DNA from: Amphiscolops sp. MND2022
Taxonomy: Eukaryota
Direction: 5' to 3'
Length of the DNA stretch: 64,000 nucleotides
Assembly (NCBI GenBank): GCA_964187785.1
Contig: OZ076409.1
Span: 37,326,001-37,390,000 of the forward strand
Shown in pieces: positions 12,401 to 24,802 of this stretch. A program made the translations under genes and the position numbers. Under the pieces are notes generated by a model. The model saw only the letters and a program-made list of their open reading frames with translations. It had not been told where the DNA came from and searched no databases. Each line of letters begins with the position of its first letter. Position 1 is the first letter of the stretch.

Positions 12401-14350
12401 AATTTATGTTCTCCCAGATGATGAAATTGACAATAATCAACTATGGGAAGAAAAGCAAAACATTCGAAATCAAGCCCAAACCGAAACACACAATGATCCA
12501 GAAAACGCTGTTTCCGAGCTACAACAATTTCACAAACCTACATCAGGTCTGATCTCCTGCTCTTCGGGATACTTTAAGGATAATGCAAGAATCCGCCTTG
12601 AGCAGAATAACGACATAGTCCTAAGAAACCTCAGAGCAAAACTCAAAGGAAACCCTTTTGACGAGAATGAACTAGCGTCAGACTACCGATACCAGCACTA
12701 CTTACAGAACATAACACGAATAGAGATTAAACAAGAAGTCCTCACACGTAAATACTACACCGACACTGGAACTATATCTCGCAACCAAATCCTCCTACCA
12801 ATCCAACTCCTAGACGAATTTCTTCAGGCCTTACATGGTCATAATTCAAACCATCCAGGAATTACGAAAATGATCCAAGAAGCAAGACAAAAGTACTACT
12901 ACCCATGTATGGCAAAATACATCAAAAAATGGGTTAGTAATTACCAAATCTGCATCCAAACGAAACGCATAAACAATGATCTCCTAAGGACAGAACTTCT
13001 TAATTGTCCGGAATGGTATCTCGAACCGGAAGACATTTTGCAAATGGACATTATACCAAACCTTCCCCCTAGTGGAGGCTATGATCATATCATCACAGCA
13101 ATAGGTGTCTTCTCAAAATACTTGTTTGCCTAACCTGTAACTCGTGTTACTGCAACAGCAGTATCAAGAGTTATCATGGACATCTTATGCAAACACACAT
13201 ACCTTCCAACAACGATAATCACGGACACTCAATTCAATGCACAAGTAACTCACGAAGTTGCGGCAGTACTTGGAATTGAAATGAAATACGCAACAATGAA
13301 ACATGCCCAAACAATAGGACTCCTTGAGAGAACTCATGCATCATTGAAAATGCACCTAAAAGCCGCAACAGGCGAATTTAGGAACAACTGGCATAAATAT
13401 CTCCCCTTGGCAGTCCTCAATCACAACACCACATACCATGCCTCACTCGGTTGTGAACCTTCACGAGTCTTTCATGGTGGATACCACACAATATCCTGGA
13501 CTATAAACTTGGATATAACGTAACCCAAGATACCAACCGCAATTGGATGTAGCAGAAGAAATTCAGAAACGCATGAAAATCCTTCTGGATCAAACCAAGA
13601 AGAACATCATGCAATCATACCTCAAACACAAAGCTTACTATGATCGCAAAACGAAAGCAGCTCCGCTCGAAACAACGGATTACTGCTACATTCTTAACCC
13701 AAAAGCCGACACTCAAGCGACAAAAATACCATTCCGAGAATTCAGATGGTGCGGAGCATATAAAGTAGAAAAAGTGCTCCCTAACAATAACTACATTGTC
13801 CGGAGATTTGGGACTAACAAAACGCAACTATTACATAGGATTCGTCTACGAAAATTCACTCCGCAAGCGCCCTTAGCAGACATTTTTGTCCGAGAAACCG
13901 ATTGGCAAAAAGATGACCAAATGCCTATAACAAATGATGATCTATATGCCCAATCATGGAACACGAACTTTGGTTCAAATCCTTTTGATGATGGTCCTGC
14001 AGAATATTCATTAAATACTGAAGACACAGAATACATCCCAATTCAAATACCCGAAGAAAACCGCCCACCCTCCCCAGGATCTTCAGAAATAAGTTGGGAA
14101 AGCCCAGTGGAACAGACCACTGAACCGGATGAAAACCATGAAAATGAAATACCACAGCAAACCTTTGAAGATGAACAAAGTACCCAAAAAACTCAAAAAG
14201 ATGCAAGAATTTCAGTTAATGATGATATCCAAAAAAACCCCAGAAAATCCACAAAAAACCCCATCACAAGAAGAACCCATAAATACCCGTGGTGATAAAT
14301 ACAACTTACGTCCTAACCCCAAACCAAACTACTCAGACAAATACAGATTG
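9480..14350 (+). pseudogene. pol: Pol of element A (PR, dUTPase-like spacer, RT, RNase H, integrase), a few lesions
   Basis: LIDTGA protease; QYVDDI RT; VMSDGS...YAKEFL...FTDN RNase H; HGHNSNHPG integrase Zn region; QMDI/ITD/LERTH core; C-terminal KYNLRPNP. Frameshift ~10245, stop at 13131, later frameshifts. Confidence 0.95.
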
Positions 14351-14447
14351 ATGAAAACAATTCTCCGACAAAACATTATCCCATACTGGTTTTATACTCC
14401 CAGCATTTTTCTTTTTTCTTGCACACTCAATAATAATAAAGCAAGAC

Positions 14448-14724
14448 TCTTATAGAGTTAGATTATCGTGAAAGGATAACTAATGTTTATTGTCGTATTC
14501 ACTGTGAATCTTGTTTCAGGTCAAAAGACGGGAAGCAATACTCTATTCATATAAGACCATATGGCAACTGAGCCAATGTTAGAGTTGGAACTCTATAGTT
14601 TTACTGGTACACTATTTGTAAATAAGTATTGAAATAAATGTACAAATTGGCTAAATGTTTATGTCACTCATATGTCTTTAATTAATTGTTTTTGAGTTTC
14701 TTCTTTCGACAGAGCCCTGTCACA
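14448..14724 (-). repeat. 3' LTR of element B (277 bp)
   Basis: Direct repeat of 17795-18077, preceded by the PPT on the minus strand. Confidence 0.93.
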
Positions 14725-14827
14725 TTCCCCTCTCTGTTCTTTACGTTCGGTCAACAAATTTGAACATAAATAGTTGTGGCTCTTCTATTTGCTTCCGCTA
14801 GTTGTTAATTATTTCTACAGTGGTATT

Positions 14828-17795
14828 TAATCTTCGTCAGATGATGAGATTGTAATGACTTCTGGTGGTTGTTCATTTCCGCAGATCATTACCGGATTTC
14901 CGAAATAGTTTGGCGCTTTCTATCTCGTTTTGGACGTTCGTTTGATTGAATGGATTGTTGGCTGTTTGTTTCTTCTTCTTCTGAGTTTTTGGGTTCAGTT
15001 TTTGGGGTTTCCTCCCATGTAGTTGTTGCTTTTATTGGTGCTTTTTGTCGCACCCTTTTCTCCTTCTCTTCATCAGCGGATTCGTTTGCTAGCTGTTCCC
15101 AATTGGCTAGTCTTTTGAATTCTGTTGGTAGATTTGCCTTTTTTTGATTTCTTTGGTTGGCCGCTTTTGATTGGTTGATAGCTGCTTTCTGGTGGCTGTT
15201 CGTAGTGCAGTTTGCGTGCTGTTTGCTTGCTTGTTGAGGGCTGCGGTTCTTTTGTTATTGCCACGTCGCGTTTGCTGAGTGTAGTTGGTTGGCGTTTCTT
15301 ATTGCTGATCGTTATTGTATGATCTGTTTCACGAGTTATCACGCCCTTCTTCTTTTTGTAGAGGTCATCTAATTTAGTACCTCTGGCTCGTTCTCGTACA
15401 AGAATTTCCGAATTTTGTTCTCCCGGACATCTCCAATTGAAAGGTATTGTCGTTATCTAAAACATTGTAGTTTTTAGTTGGTTTAGTAGTAGTTTAGTTC
15501 AATTTGGGATGAAGCGTTTAGCTGATTTACCTCTCCCAAGTACGATCTAAGTTCTTTTGAGCTCTTTGGGATGAGTTTTTCTGTTATAGCTTGTACTTTT
15601 GAAATGATTGGTTTTATCCCGGTTTGAGACAGTTTGTATCCTAACCATTCTATTTCTTCTTCAGCAAATTTGCATTTTTCCCACTTTAGTCTAACGTTTG
15701 CGTTATCCAATCTTTTTAGTACTTGTTTTACTGCTTCGAAGTGTTTTTTTTGTGCCCTCTGTTACAATTTGTATATCATCTAGAAAGACATACGTGTTTT
15801 GTAAATTTGCTAGTTCTTTGTGCATTGCTTTTTGGAACTCTGTGGGCACTATGGTTAATCCATAAAATCCTGTAATAAATCTATATGTACCGGTGGCTTT
15901 TCCACCTATAATTTGGAAGTTACAGTGTTTTGCTGTTCCTTCTTCCAGCGGCACTTGTCCATACGCGTAACGCATGTCTAGTGACGTGTATAATGCTTTT
16001 TCTTTATTGTCAAGTTGTTCAGCTACTAAATCGACCAAATGTTCTAAATTTGGCATTTGGTATTTGTCTTTCACAATTTCGTTATTTAATGCCCTCGCGT
16101 CTAGTGCGATTTTCACATTTTTATCTTTCTTCACTGTGATTACCACAGGTTGGATGAATTGTTTATCTGTTACTTCATTTACTTTTTCTATATGTCCTTC
16201 TTCCAATAGTCTTTCAATTTCTTTTTGTACCGCCTCTTGTAATTTTACTGGTACTCTTCTACCTTTGTTGTTTTATTTTGACATTTTGTTTAAATTCGAT
16301 TCGCACCTTATGTTTGTTTAGTTTTCCTTCTCGCTCGAATGAGTCCTTAAATTGCTGTTTTAGTTTTATTTGTTCGTTTTGTTTGTCGTTCCAATTTTCT
16401 GGTTTAGTTGTCTCGCTTGGTTTAGTTGTTTTAATTGGTTCTGTAGTTCCACTTGTTATTTTACAAATAATTGGTTTACCTTTATTCTGATTGGGGGAGA
16501 CGAACTTATAGTTGAAGGCGTTTAACCAATCTCTTCCGATTAGTGATTTGGCTCCTTTTCCTGCTACCAGTATCCTCGCTTTTTGCATTTTGCTTTCTCC
16601 AACTTCTAGTTGACAGAATACGTAGCCCAGTAGGTTCAGCTTTCTTTTGTTGAAGTCTATGTATTCTTCATCTTCGGGTAGTTGTCGTATGAATAATGTA
16701 TTTCTCTTCATTATTCTTTTAATTTCCTCAATTTCAAAGATCGTTACTGGTGAACCTGAGTCTACCATCGTCTTGAATTGGTTACCATTTATCTTCCCGC
16801 TCATGAAGAATTGTCCGTTTTCTCCTCCTTCGATTGTTAATACGATTTTGTCTTCTTCTATCATTGAGCCTGAGCTACTGTCTTCCCATTCGTCTATTCT
16901 TTGTATGCTTTGTGCTGGTGCTTTTATGATTTTTCTGCTTTTCGCAAAGTTTCCTGCACCTCTGGTTTGGCAGCATTTTGCGAAGTGTCCCTTTTTTCCA
17001 CATTTCATGCATGTTATTCCCATCGCTTTACATTCTTTAAGGTTTTGTGGGCTGAATGGGGCCCCGCATCTGAAACACTTTTTTGTTGGTCAACAGCGTT
17101 TCGTTCCTGATGTTATGTTGTTTATTTCGTTCGGTTCTGGCTTTATGTTTGGTTTATCCATTTTTTCGAATGATTGTTGTCCTAGTGCTCCCTCTTCGTA
17201 TGATATTGCAAATTGAATAGTGTAGGCAATTGTGCTATTGGGTTCTGTGCACAATTTCCGTTGTACATCTTTATTATTCATATTCACTATGAAGACATCT
17301 TCCACCAGACTTTCAGTTATGTTTCCAAAGTTACATTTTGCTGCCAGTCCGTTTAGTTCGTTCCAGAATTGTCTCAGCGTCTCGTTTTCCTTTTGTTTAC
17401 GGCTCAGGAATTTAAATCGATCCAGTGTTTTTTGGTTTTTCAAAACAGTCTTTACATGTTTTGATTAAATCTTCCAGGGTTATTCTTGCTGTGTTTACCG
17501 TTTGAAAATTGTCTGAAATTGTCTTCCTTGCTGCCATCCCCAATGCCAGGTATAACACACTGTTTGCTTTCTTCATTGCCGTTGCTTCTTCCATGTCTCC
17601 CATGAGACTTTTGTCTTTATTTCCGGTAGTTTTTGTAAGTTCTGCTACCGAGATGTTGCTTTTGGCCATAAGTGCGACTTCGAATAACTCCATCCATTTT
17701 TCCCATTCTAGTTCTGGAGGTTTTGTTGCCTCCTGCCAGTGAATAGGTAACCCAGCAATTGAAGAGCTGGTTCGTGGTTCGCCTTGCAGCGACAT
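14828..17795 (-). pseudogene. gag-pol of element B, frameshifted and deleted
   Basis: ORFs 17412-17795, 17090-17443, 16259-17023, 15703-16206, 15483-15710, 15073-15342; ends PPEVITISSSDED*. Confidence 0.88.
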
Positions 17796-18077
17796 GTTAT
17801 AGAGTTAGGTTATCGTGAAAGGATAACTAATGTCTATTGTCGTATTCACTGTGAATCTTGTTTCAGGTCAAAAGACGGGAAGCAATACTCTATTCATATA
17901 CATATAAGACCGTATGGCAACTGAGCCAATGTTAGTGTTGGAACTCTATAGTTTTACTGGTACAGTATTTGTAAATAAGTATTGAAATAAATGTACAAAT
18001 TGGCTAAATGTTTAAGTCACTCATAAGTCTTTAATTAATTGTTTTTGAGTTTCTTCTTTTGACAGAGCCCTGTCACA
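17795..18077 (-). repeat. 5' LTR of element B (283 bp)
   Basis: TGTGACAGGG...ATAACA on the minus strand, followed by PBS-like TGTCGCTGCAAG; carries an extra CATATA relative to the 3' LTR. Confidence 0.93.
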
Positions 18078-18159
18078 AAGACAAACGAAATATAAACATA
18101 ACAAATTTCTCCTATGAGACGAAAACAAAAGAAACAAAGTTTACAGAAACAAGACTGCT

Positions 18160-21100
18160 TTAGTTCTTCTTAGCCTTTCCACTCGTCACTTTTGTCTTTC
18201 TGGCACCATTTTTTCCTCCTTCGGCACATCGGGATAGAGACACTGTAGCCTTCCCAAGAACTGGCTGAGGATCTGGAGAACTCGTGGGCTGGATGCTCTA
18301 CTCAAAACAGATTCATCGGGGTCGACAGAGAAAGGATCTTCCTCTCTTCTTACAACGGCACTCTTGTATGCACTTTCCAATTTAGACTGAAATCTGACAC
18401 GTCTTGGACCGCTACCTTTTAGGAAGTTCCAAACAGAAAATTTGCGATCATCCAATAAATCACGTCCTCGCCCGATAAGACGAAACACACGACTGAGCAA
18501 TCGAGGGTCTCGGAAGAGACTTGACACGTTTGGGACAGTCTTGTAGGCCAGCTGGATACTCGAAATGCATGAATGAAACACCTCTTCGTCGGGTCCCAAT
18601 TCCGGCATGGGTACAACAAATTGACTAGTGATCTTCGCTTTCGGTGGCAAACACAGACAGGAGTACTTAAATACCCGATGTAGCTCTGGCCGACAGTGTA
18701 ATTCATAACAGGAACAAAGGAATTCAAACCAATCATCTGGCCGGCAGACCTGACTCGAACGAAATTTCGTAACCAAAGACCTGTATTGACTCACAGCCTT
18801 TGTTTTATCACTAACTGTGATCCAGCCATGGGAGGAGAAGTAAGTTGTCAGCATTTCAATTGCAGGCAGATAATTTTTCTCTTCACCATCGAGCATCATG
18901 GCAGAATCGAAACTGGATAAACCTCTAATCAAATCTGAAGTCGCAATCTTATGCTGCAACAGTATTCGACAAAACGCTTTGTAAAAAGCAATCGACTGTT
19001 CGATGAATTTACTGGGTGTTGACAGCTTGCTGGAAGTCACTAACTCGTGAAAATCAGAGTTCAGAACGAATTCATCACAACTCTTGAAAGGGAGACCAGG
19101 CTGGGTTAAATCGAGCTTCTGATAACTGTCCCAGTCGGAAACACTGCCAAGGATACTATCTGGAAGTATACTTTGGAGCTGGGAAAAAACGAATACCGCA
19201 AACTGGTTAAACAGGCGAAATCCAGCTTCATAACCAGTTGGTGCTTCAGAAAATGATGAGTTGTCTGTAACACAAATATCAAAAACATCCAAAAACGATA
19301 AAAGTAAAACCATGAGTCACATATAGTTAGGGTGCCAACAACTTCACTATGCTGTATAGTACGAGATATAATTGGAGCAGATGCGGCATCCTACGGTTTT
19401 AGCTGTTTTACGATCTACCTTTTAGTCAAATATGCGGCATCATGCGGAAACAGGGACGCCGCATATGCGGTATCATACGGAAAAAGGGATGACGTACAAA
19501 CGGCATCCCGCGGCTTTGGTGTATTATTCAAAGAAGCGAGACCTAATGAAAATCGCAAGTCACATCTGCGTGAAAGAAAAACTACAACGAAAAACGATAC
19601 TACTGATATAAAGGCACAATGAAAACAAGTGATAAAAGAGTACTAACAGTGATCCAAGACACAGCGAATGACAAAAGGCCGGGCCAGGTATGCAGTATCG
19701 AGCCGGAAACATTCGTCTAGCGTACTGGTCTAAAAAACCGAAACGGTTAATCAACAAAGTGATTATGGCTACAAAAGAAACCTAAAACGAAATATTACCT
19801 CACGCATGTGGTATCGGAAGGTTGGCAATCGGGAAACCCGATTCAGGTGATCCAACACCCTGTCTCAGTGTGCAGATAACAGGGCTATGATGGATGAGGC
19901 CTCCTCTAGTGTGTATGTCAAGTGTGTTACGCACTAAAAGAGAAGATACCATGAAGTTAAAGGTTAAAAATATATTATGAGACAGAGTAAAACAGGAAAA
20001 TGTACCTTGTGTAACACAGGAATTGACTGCAACCACTCCTGACCCAGCGCGGTTCTCAGTTTCATCAGTAAGAAATCCAATATCGTCCTGAAGTCGTGTC
20101 GCTCAAGAATCCTGGATGTTGGCATGGATAAGCATTTTTCTAACTCAGTAACTCCAAACCAATTGACGACCATTGGGCAAGTTTTCCTAGACAGTGATCG
20201 AGTAAGACAAGTCGCTAACCTCTCGTCAAAATTAACAAGGCTAAGGCAAGATGGTGGATTCTCTGATAGACTGAAGTAAGACGAGAGCAGGGAAAGAAGT
20301 CTTTTTGGTAACAATAACCCACGGGGCCCAGATCCAAGACAAACTTGGTAATAAACGTTCCCCGACCAGAAACTCAGTAAGAGGAAATTTTTAGTAAAAG
20401 AACTCTCATAAGATAGAAAACAAACTCCAGCTGTTCCAGTAGTCACGACACAGTAATGCATTAGTTCGCGAAACATATATGTAACGATAGCCTAAACGGA
20501 AGGTAAAATTATGACCTTTAAAACATGAGTAGAATAAAATTGGAGCAGAAAAATACTTACATAAATGCGATGTTGACTCCATTTGTGAGTAGTGATTTGG
20601 GCGCTGCTGCTTGGTGACAATCTTGAGAGACCGAGCAGGACATTTATGTGTCCAACATGGCGGAATCCGTTCTCGAGAATGCAGATTTGAGCCAGAACAC
20701 TTTCACTCGGGCTGGTAACAGAACTGAATTCCGGCAGCCGCTCTTGCCCGACTAATAAACGGCACCCATCTAATTGAGGGCGATTGAATGCGCTTCTCTA
20801 GCTCTCCGTTTCGTTTCTTCCAGTCCTATCCCCCGTAGTTCATTTTCTTCTTGGACAAATAGAGGTAACCCAGGATTTTCTAAACGGATCCTATGTTCCT
20901 TTGTCAAATGAGCTTCGGTTTTGTAATGAGATAATAATTCTAAAACCCCTCTGCTCATCAGGGACAGCTCTATCTTGCAAACTCGACACCACCATTTGTA
21001 TGGGTTCGTGTTTCTGTCGAGTGGTCCGGTGGCGAAATATTGGACGACAGGATGTTTTTTCAACATGGCTGAAGTTAGCGAGTACTTTGGTCTTCGTCTT

Positions 21101-21865
21101 TTGCCCCATGCCAACGGAAGTTCTTCAGAACTGGAATGGGGACGCAAATCATCTTGTCCGACAACAGTAAGAGTGATGTTATCTGGAACGTTACGATCCC
21201 CTATCACTAAGGCAGTCTTCGGGATCTTATCCAATACGCTTGAAAGCGCTAAAACTTCTAGCTGCGTGACAGTAACTTGTTGTACTGTTTCCACTTTGGG
21301 ATCAACACAGTCTCTGGCATGTGAGGTATCGGGAATATCCTCGTCGGACTCAGGCATCTCGTCATCTCTTTCTTTGTTTTCCCCCTCTGTTAGGTTGGTC
21401 GGCGGATTTCCTTCAGAAGAATTGAGAGGCTGATCAACATCAGGCCTATTCAGTTTTGGACTAGAGTAGTAGCCCCTCGGACCATATTTATGAACTCAGT
21501 GAAGCGAGGAGAATTAGTGGTGAAAGTACCTTGCGGCTGTTCCTCAACGTTCGGTACAGCGATGGTTGCCAAAGTCTGATCTTTGTCTTCAGTCACGGTA
21601 ACATTCTTATCAGACAACTCAGTTTCCTCAATGGGTATCTCTGAAGAACCATTAGTAGTATCGTGGATCAAAAGTTGTCCTTACCCTGCGGATTCATCCA
21701 AACGTGTGGCGAGAACTCGCTCTATCTCTTCGTTACTTCCTGTGGAAATTTCCTGTACTGGTAAATTTTCGGGAGAATTCTGAGTTGCTGGAGAAACAGC
21801 TTCTAGAGGCGTTTAGACTTTTGTCGGTGAACGTGCTGGTGAAGTTTGAGTCGCTCCCAGGTCAA
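18160..21865 (-). pseudogene. Antisense spliced accessory gene of element A: BED-like Zn finger plus hAT-transposase-like body. Exons ~21865-20561, 20491-20006, 19933-19799, 19729-19648, 19264-~18160; 5' exons unresolved
   Basis: GT-AG introns at 20492-20560, 19934-20005, 19730-19798 and 19265-19647 join the frames; motif WWCRVCKIELSLMSRGVLELLSHYKTEAH; colinear homology with the C antisense gene; a few stops and frameshifts. Confidence 0.8.
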
Positions 21866-22665
21866 CTGAAACAAGTTCAAATGCTTAAAGCGGAAGCGAA
21901 AGCAAAAGAATTACAGGAAGTAGCATTGAATTAACTTTGAAACCGGACGCGGTAAAAAATCACAAAGCTACTTCCGCCCCAAAAAATCAAAGTTTGACAG
22001 AACTATTTTCACACTAAACTAAACAAATCGACTAATGTAAATTAGTTACTTCATTTTGCAAGCCTGGCCAGCTCTGCATGATGATCCCACAACCAAAACA
22101 AATTCCACTATGAATTAAAACTTAAAACAAAAGTTGAACCAACCTGGAGAAGTCTCAGTAGGAGATTTGTACCCCCACGATCCTGGCACTCGTCTCGAAA
22201 TTCGATCCTTTTGCGATTTCCTCCGACTGGTTTCCCGGAATAAAAGGAAACCTACAAAACAAGATTAATGAACGACGATCCAAAGCAGGATAAGGAAAAC
22301 ACAATTTTAATGAGCGTTTAGAAAAAGTCTGGGATTGCAGAATCCAAGAGAAAATTGTTAAAGAAACTGACTATACTTTTTCCAAAAATAAGCTGAAAAG
22401 ACTGAGATTGAAGAATTGAAAGAAATGCGTAATTGCATGAAATTGGAAAGGCGTGGCGTACGAGTACAGGCAAAAGAGCAAAATGTGACAGATATCGTAC
22501 ACGGAAATAGTGTGGTTCTCAAATCTGATTGGTCAATTAAATGTCAATCACTTCGGCCAGAGTGAAAGATTACATATTTGACGTAAACGACTGACTCATC
22601 ACCCATTCTCATTACAAGCGAGAGTGAACGACAAGAGCACGTGGCTTCTATACAGTATTACAATT

Positions 22666-22825
22666 CGGCATTATGCGGAATTATGGGTTCCAGATACAGC
22701 TCTATGCGGCATTATGCAGAATTACGAGTACCGAGTATGCGGCATTATGCGGAATTACGAGTGCCGTGTATGCGGTATCATGCGGAATTACAAGATGTTG
22801 AGTATGCGATAATATGCGGAATTGT
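22666..22825 (+). repeat. Degenerate ~33-bp tandem repeat (TATGCGGCATTATGCGGAATTACGAG...), about 5 units, in the spacer between the divergent accessory genes of A
   Basis: Repeated units are directly visible. Confidence 0.85.
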
Positions 22826-23737
22826 ATATATCAGCGGACAGTGAAGACAGAAACAGTCAATGACGAGATTACGTAACAGAATTCATTCTTGCCGCCTTGG
22901 AGTCAAATAATACTACGTGGCAAGATGAGCAATACATGTGAATAATATAGACTCACTTTGCATATGATGGATGATTAAACAACCATTATTGGAAACATGG
23001 AAATACATCTAGACGTTTGTTATTGAAACCCAAACTTAGCACAGTATATGACCACCCGATGCTCAACAATAGTATATTTTGATCCCAGTATGGTATTGAT
23101 ATGTGAGATAAATCACAATTACATGCCCCTAACGCACTTTTTAAGTGCAGGACTAGTGATGCCATGAATACCTTAGATAGATAACCTTATGTTCGAACAC
23201 TTAGCTAGCAACTTTAAACTTTTCTTTTACAGAATTTCAATATGTTCTTTCAATCTAGTAATGTAAATTTGGATGAATTAACCCTGTTCAAAATGCCATG
23301 AATGAAAGTTGTATTGTGAACCTAATTCATCTTCCGAAAAAGGAAGGAAGTTGTTGACAAGCCATTTAAAATATCAATTCGATGAAGAGCAACAAGAGAG
23401 ATAATTTTACGAGATGAAACTGAGAGAAACACTTGAAATTGAATTGTTTAGACCTCATTGACGGAAGCAGATCAGTCTCATCTCTTTGAAATATCCGACC
23501 CCATCGCCCTAAACTCTATATAAGGATGGGAGGTGAGGCAAAAATCACAACCCCAAATCTTTTTCGCGGGAATCATCACAGTCAACTGGAGCAGATAAGA
23601 AAACCACCATAAGGTCTCATAGCAATTTCAGAAACAGTAACACATCTAAAGCACATCTCAATCTGCATCAAAATAGTTCCAAACGAGTAAAACTCATAAA
23701 TTCTACCCTTTTGATATCAGTTAATCTCACACAAATT

Positions 23738-24802
23738 ATGGATAATCTACAATTCAATATTGAGGAAGAATTAATGTTGCCATCGTTGTCCCCTGCAGTG
23801 ATCGACGTCTCAAGTGACTCAGGCGATGAATTCATTGTTCATCCGGGAGATCTGTCAGAAATAGAGGACAGATTCAGACCGGGTGGCCCTCGATCAGATG
23901 TCATGACTGGCTTCATGGGAGCGGCAACAGCTTCCCTGTTCCCCACCCAAACGAGAAGATCAGACGAAGACGAGATAATCGACATCTCTGGGACCCGAAT
24001 TGAGCGCCAATTAGTGGATTTAATGGAAGAAGACCAACACGATTACGAATCCCCACCAACCTCATTTATAGACACCGAACTAGAGGACTCTCCAATGTCT
24101 CCGTGGGAATCGCCCCACAGGGTTGAGGGTTCAACAAACAGTTATGGGAGGCCGACAGCCGCAATTTTACCAACTCCCCGTGACAATTCTCAAAGAAGTA
24201 TACCAGTGAACAGGCCTGCTGCGAACTACACACCAAATTTTGTGGCTAGCGCAAGTAACTTCCAAATAACACCGCTCAAAGTTTCTAACAATCATCAGCG
24301 AACGATCTACCCAAGCAACTACAACCAGCAAGAAATAATCATCACTGCCAATATGAACCCACCTATGGCTGAAAATATGGTGGTTTATAACAATGCTCCA
24401 CTGATGATACAAATACCCCCAATCGGAAGAAGAATGGACATTCCTCATCAAACCCTTGTTACGAATAATCAACAAGTGTTCAATTTCCCTTTCAATGTGG
24501 AACACAGTTCCAAGTTACTGCTGATCCCGACCAGTGAAAGACAGATGCCTAGATTGTTCCCAACCGTAATGCCACACGTTGCAGGCTTTTGCGATTGGTG
24601 TGGAAAATGCTATGATCAACTAGCATAGGAGAGTTTGGGCGAGTATCTAATAGCAACCGCCTACGACGCCGAGACAGTGAGAGACCGCGGGGTAAGATCC
24701 CGAGCATTCATTGATGGTTTTCAAGCTGCTCTCTTCTCGTTTAAAAGTGCAGGACTGTCACAACCCCACGCTTATGCTGGAGTTGTTGGGCAACAACCCT
24801 AA
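23738..24802 (+). CDS. Sense accessory ORF of element A (acidic, SIM-like motifs, CxxC); one in-frame TAG at 24626, otherwise open into the 3' LTR
   Basis: ORF 23711-24628; the frame stays open for 57 more codons (ESLGEYL...AGLSQPHAYAGVVGQQP*) and stops at 24800-24802 inside the LTR; TATA-like CTATATAAG at ~23516. Confidence 0.7.

Larger units (their letters stand above)
14448..18077 (-). mobile_element. Nested Mag-like Ty3/Gypsy element B (3.6 kb), internally deleted (RNase H and integrase core missing)
   Basis: LTRs 17795-18077 and 14448-14724; TSD AAGAC (14443-14447 and 18078-18082); PPT AAGAACAGAGAGGGGAA (minus strand, 14725-14741); gag with CFRC...CMKCGKKGHFAKCC, protease MVDSGS, RT VFLDDI. 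Confidence 0.93.

Noticed and set aside
18060..18077. GCCCTGTCAC shared between the B LTR end and the C PPT/LTR junction
   Set aside because: Only 10 bp, different clades and opposite orientation; probably coincidental.
22040..22255. Additional 5' exons of the A antisense gene
   Set aside because: Splice-like sites exist, but no unambiguous frame or start codon could be assigned.
22666..22825. CRISPR-like array, or the small ORFs 22624-22812 and 22641-22844
   Set aside because: Eukaryotic context, no unique spacers and no cas genes; the ORFs are by-products of the tandem repeat.
23711..24628. env gene in the usual third-ORF position
   Set aside because: No signal peptide, furin site plus fusion peptide, or transmembrane helix; the protein is acidic and probably disordered.
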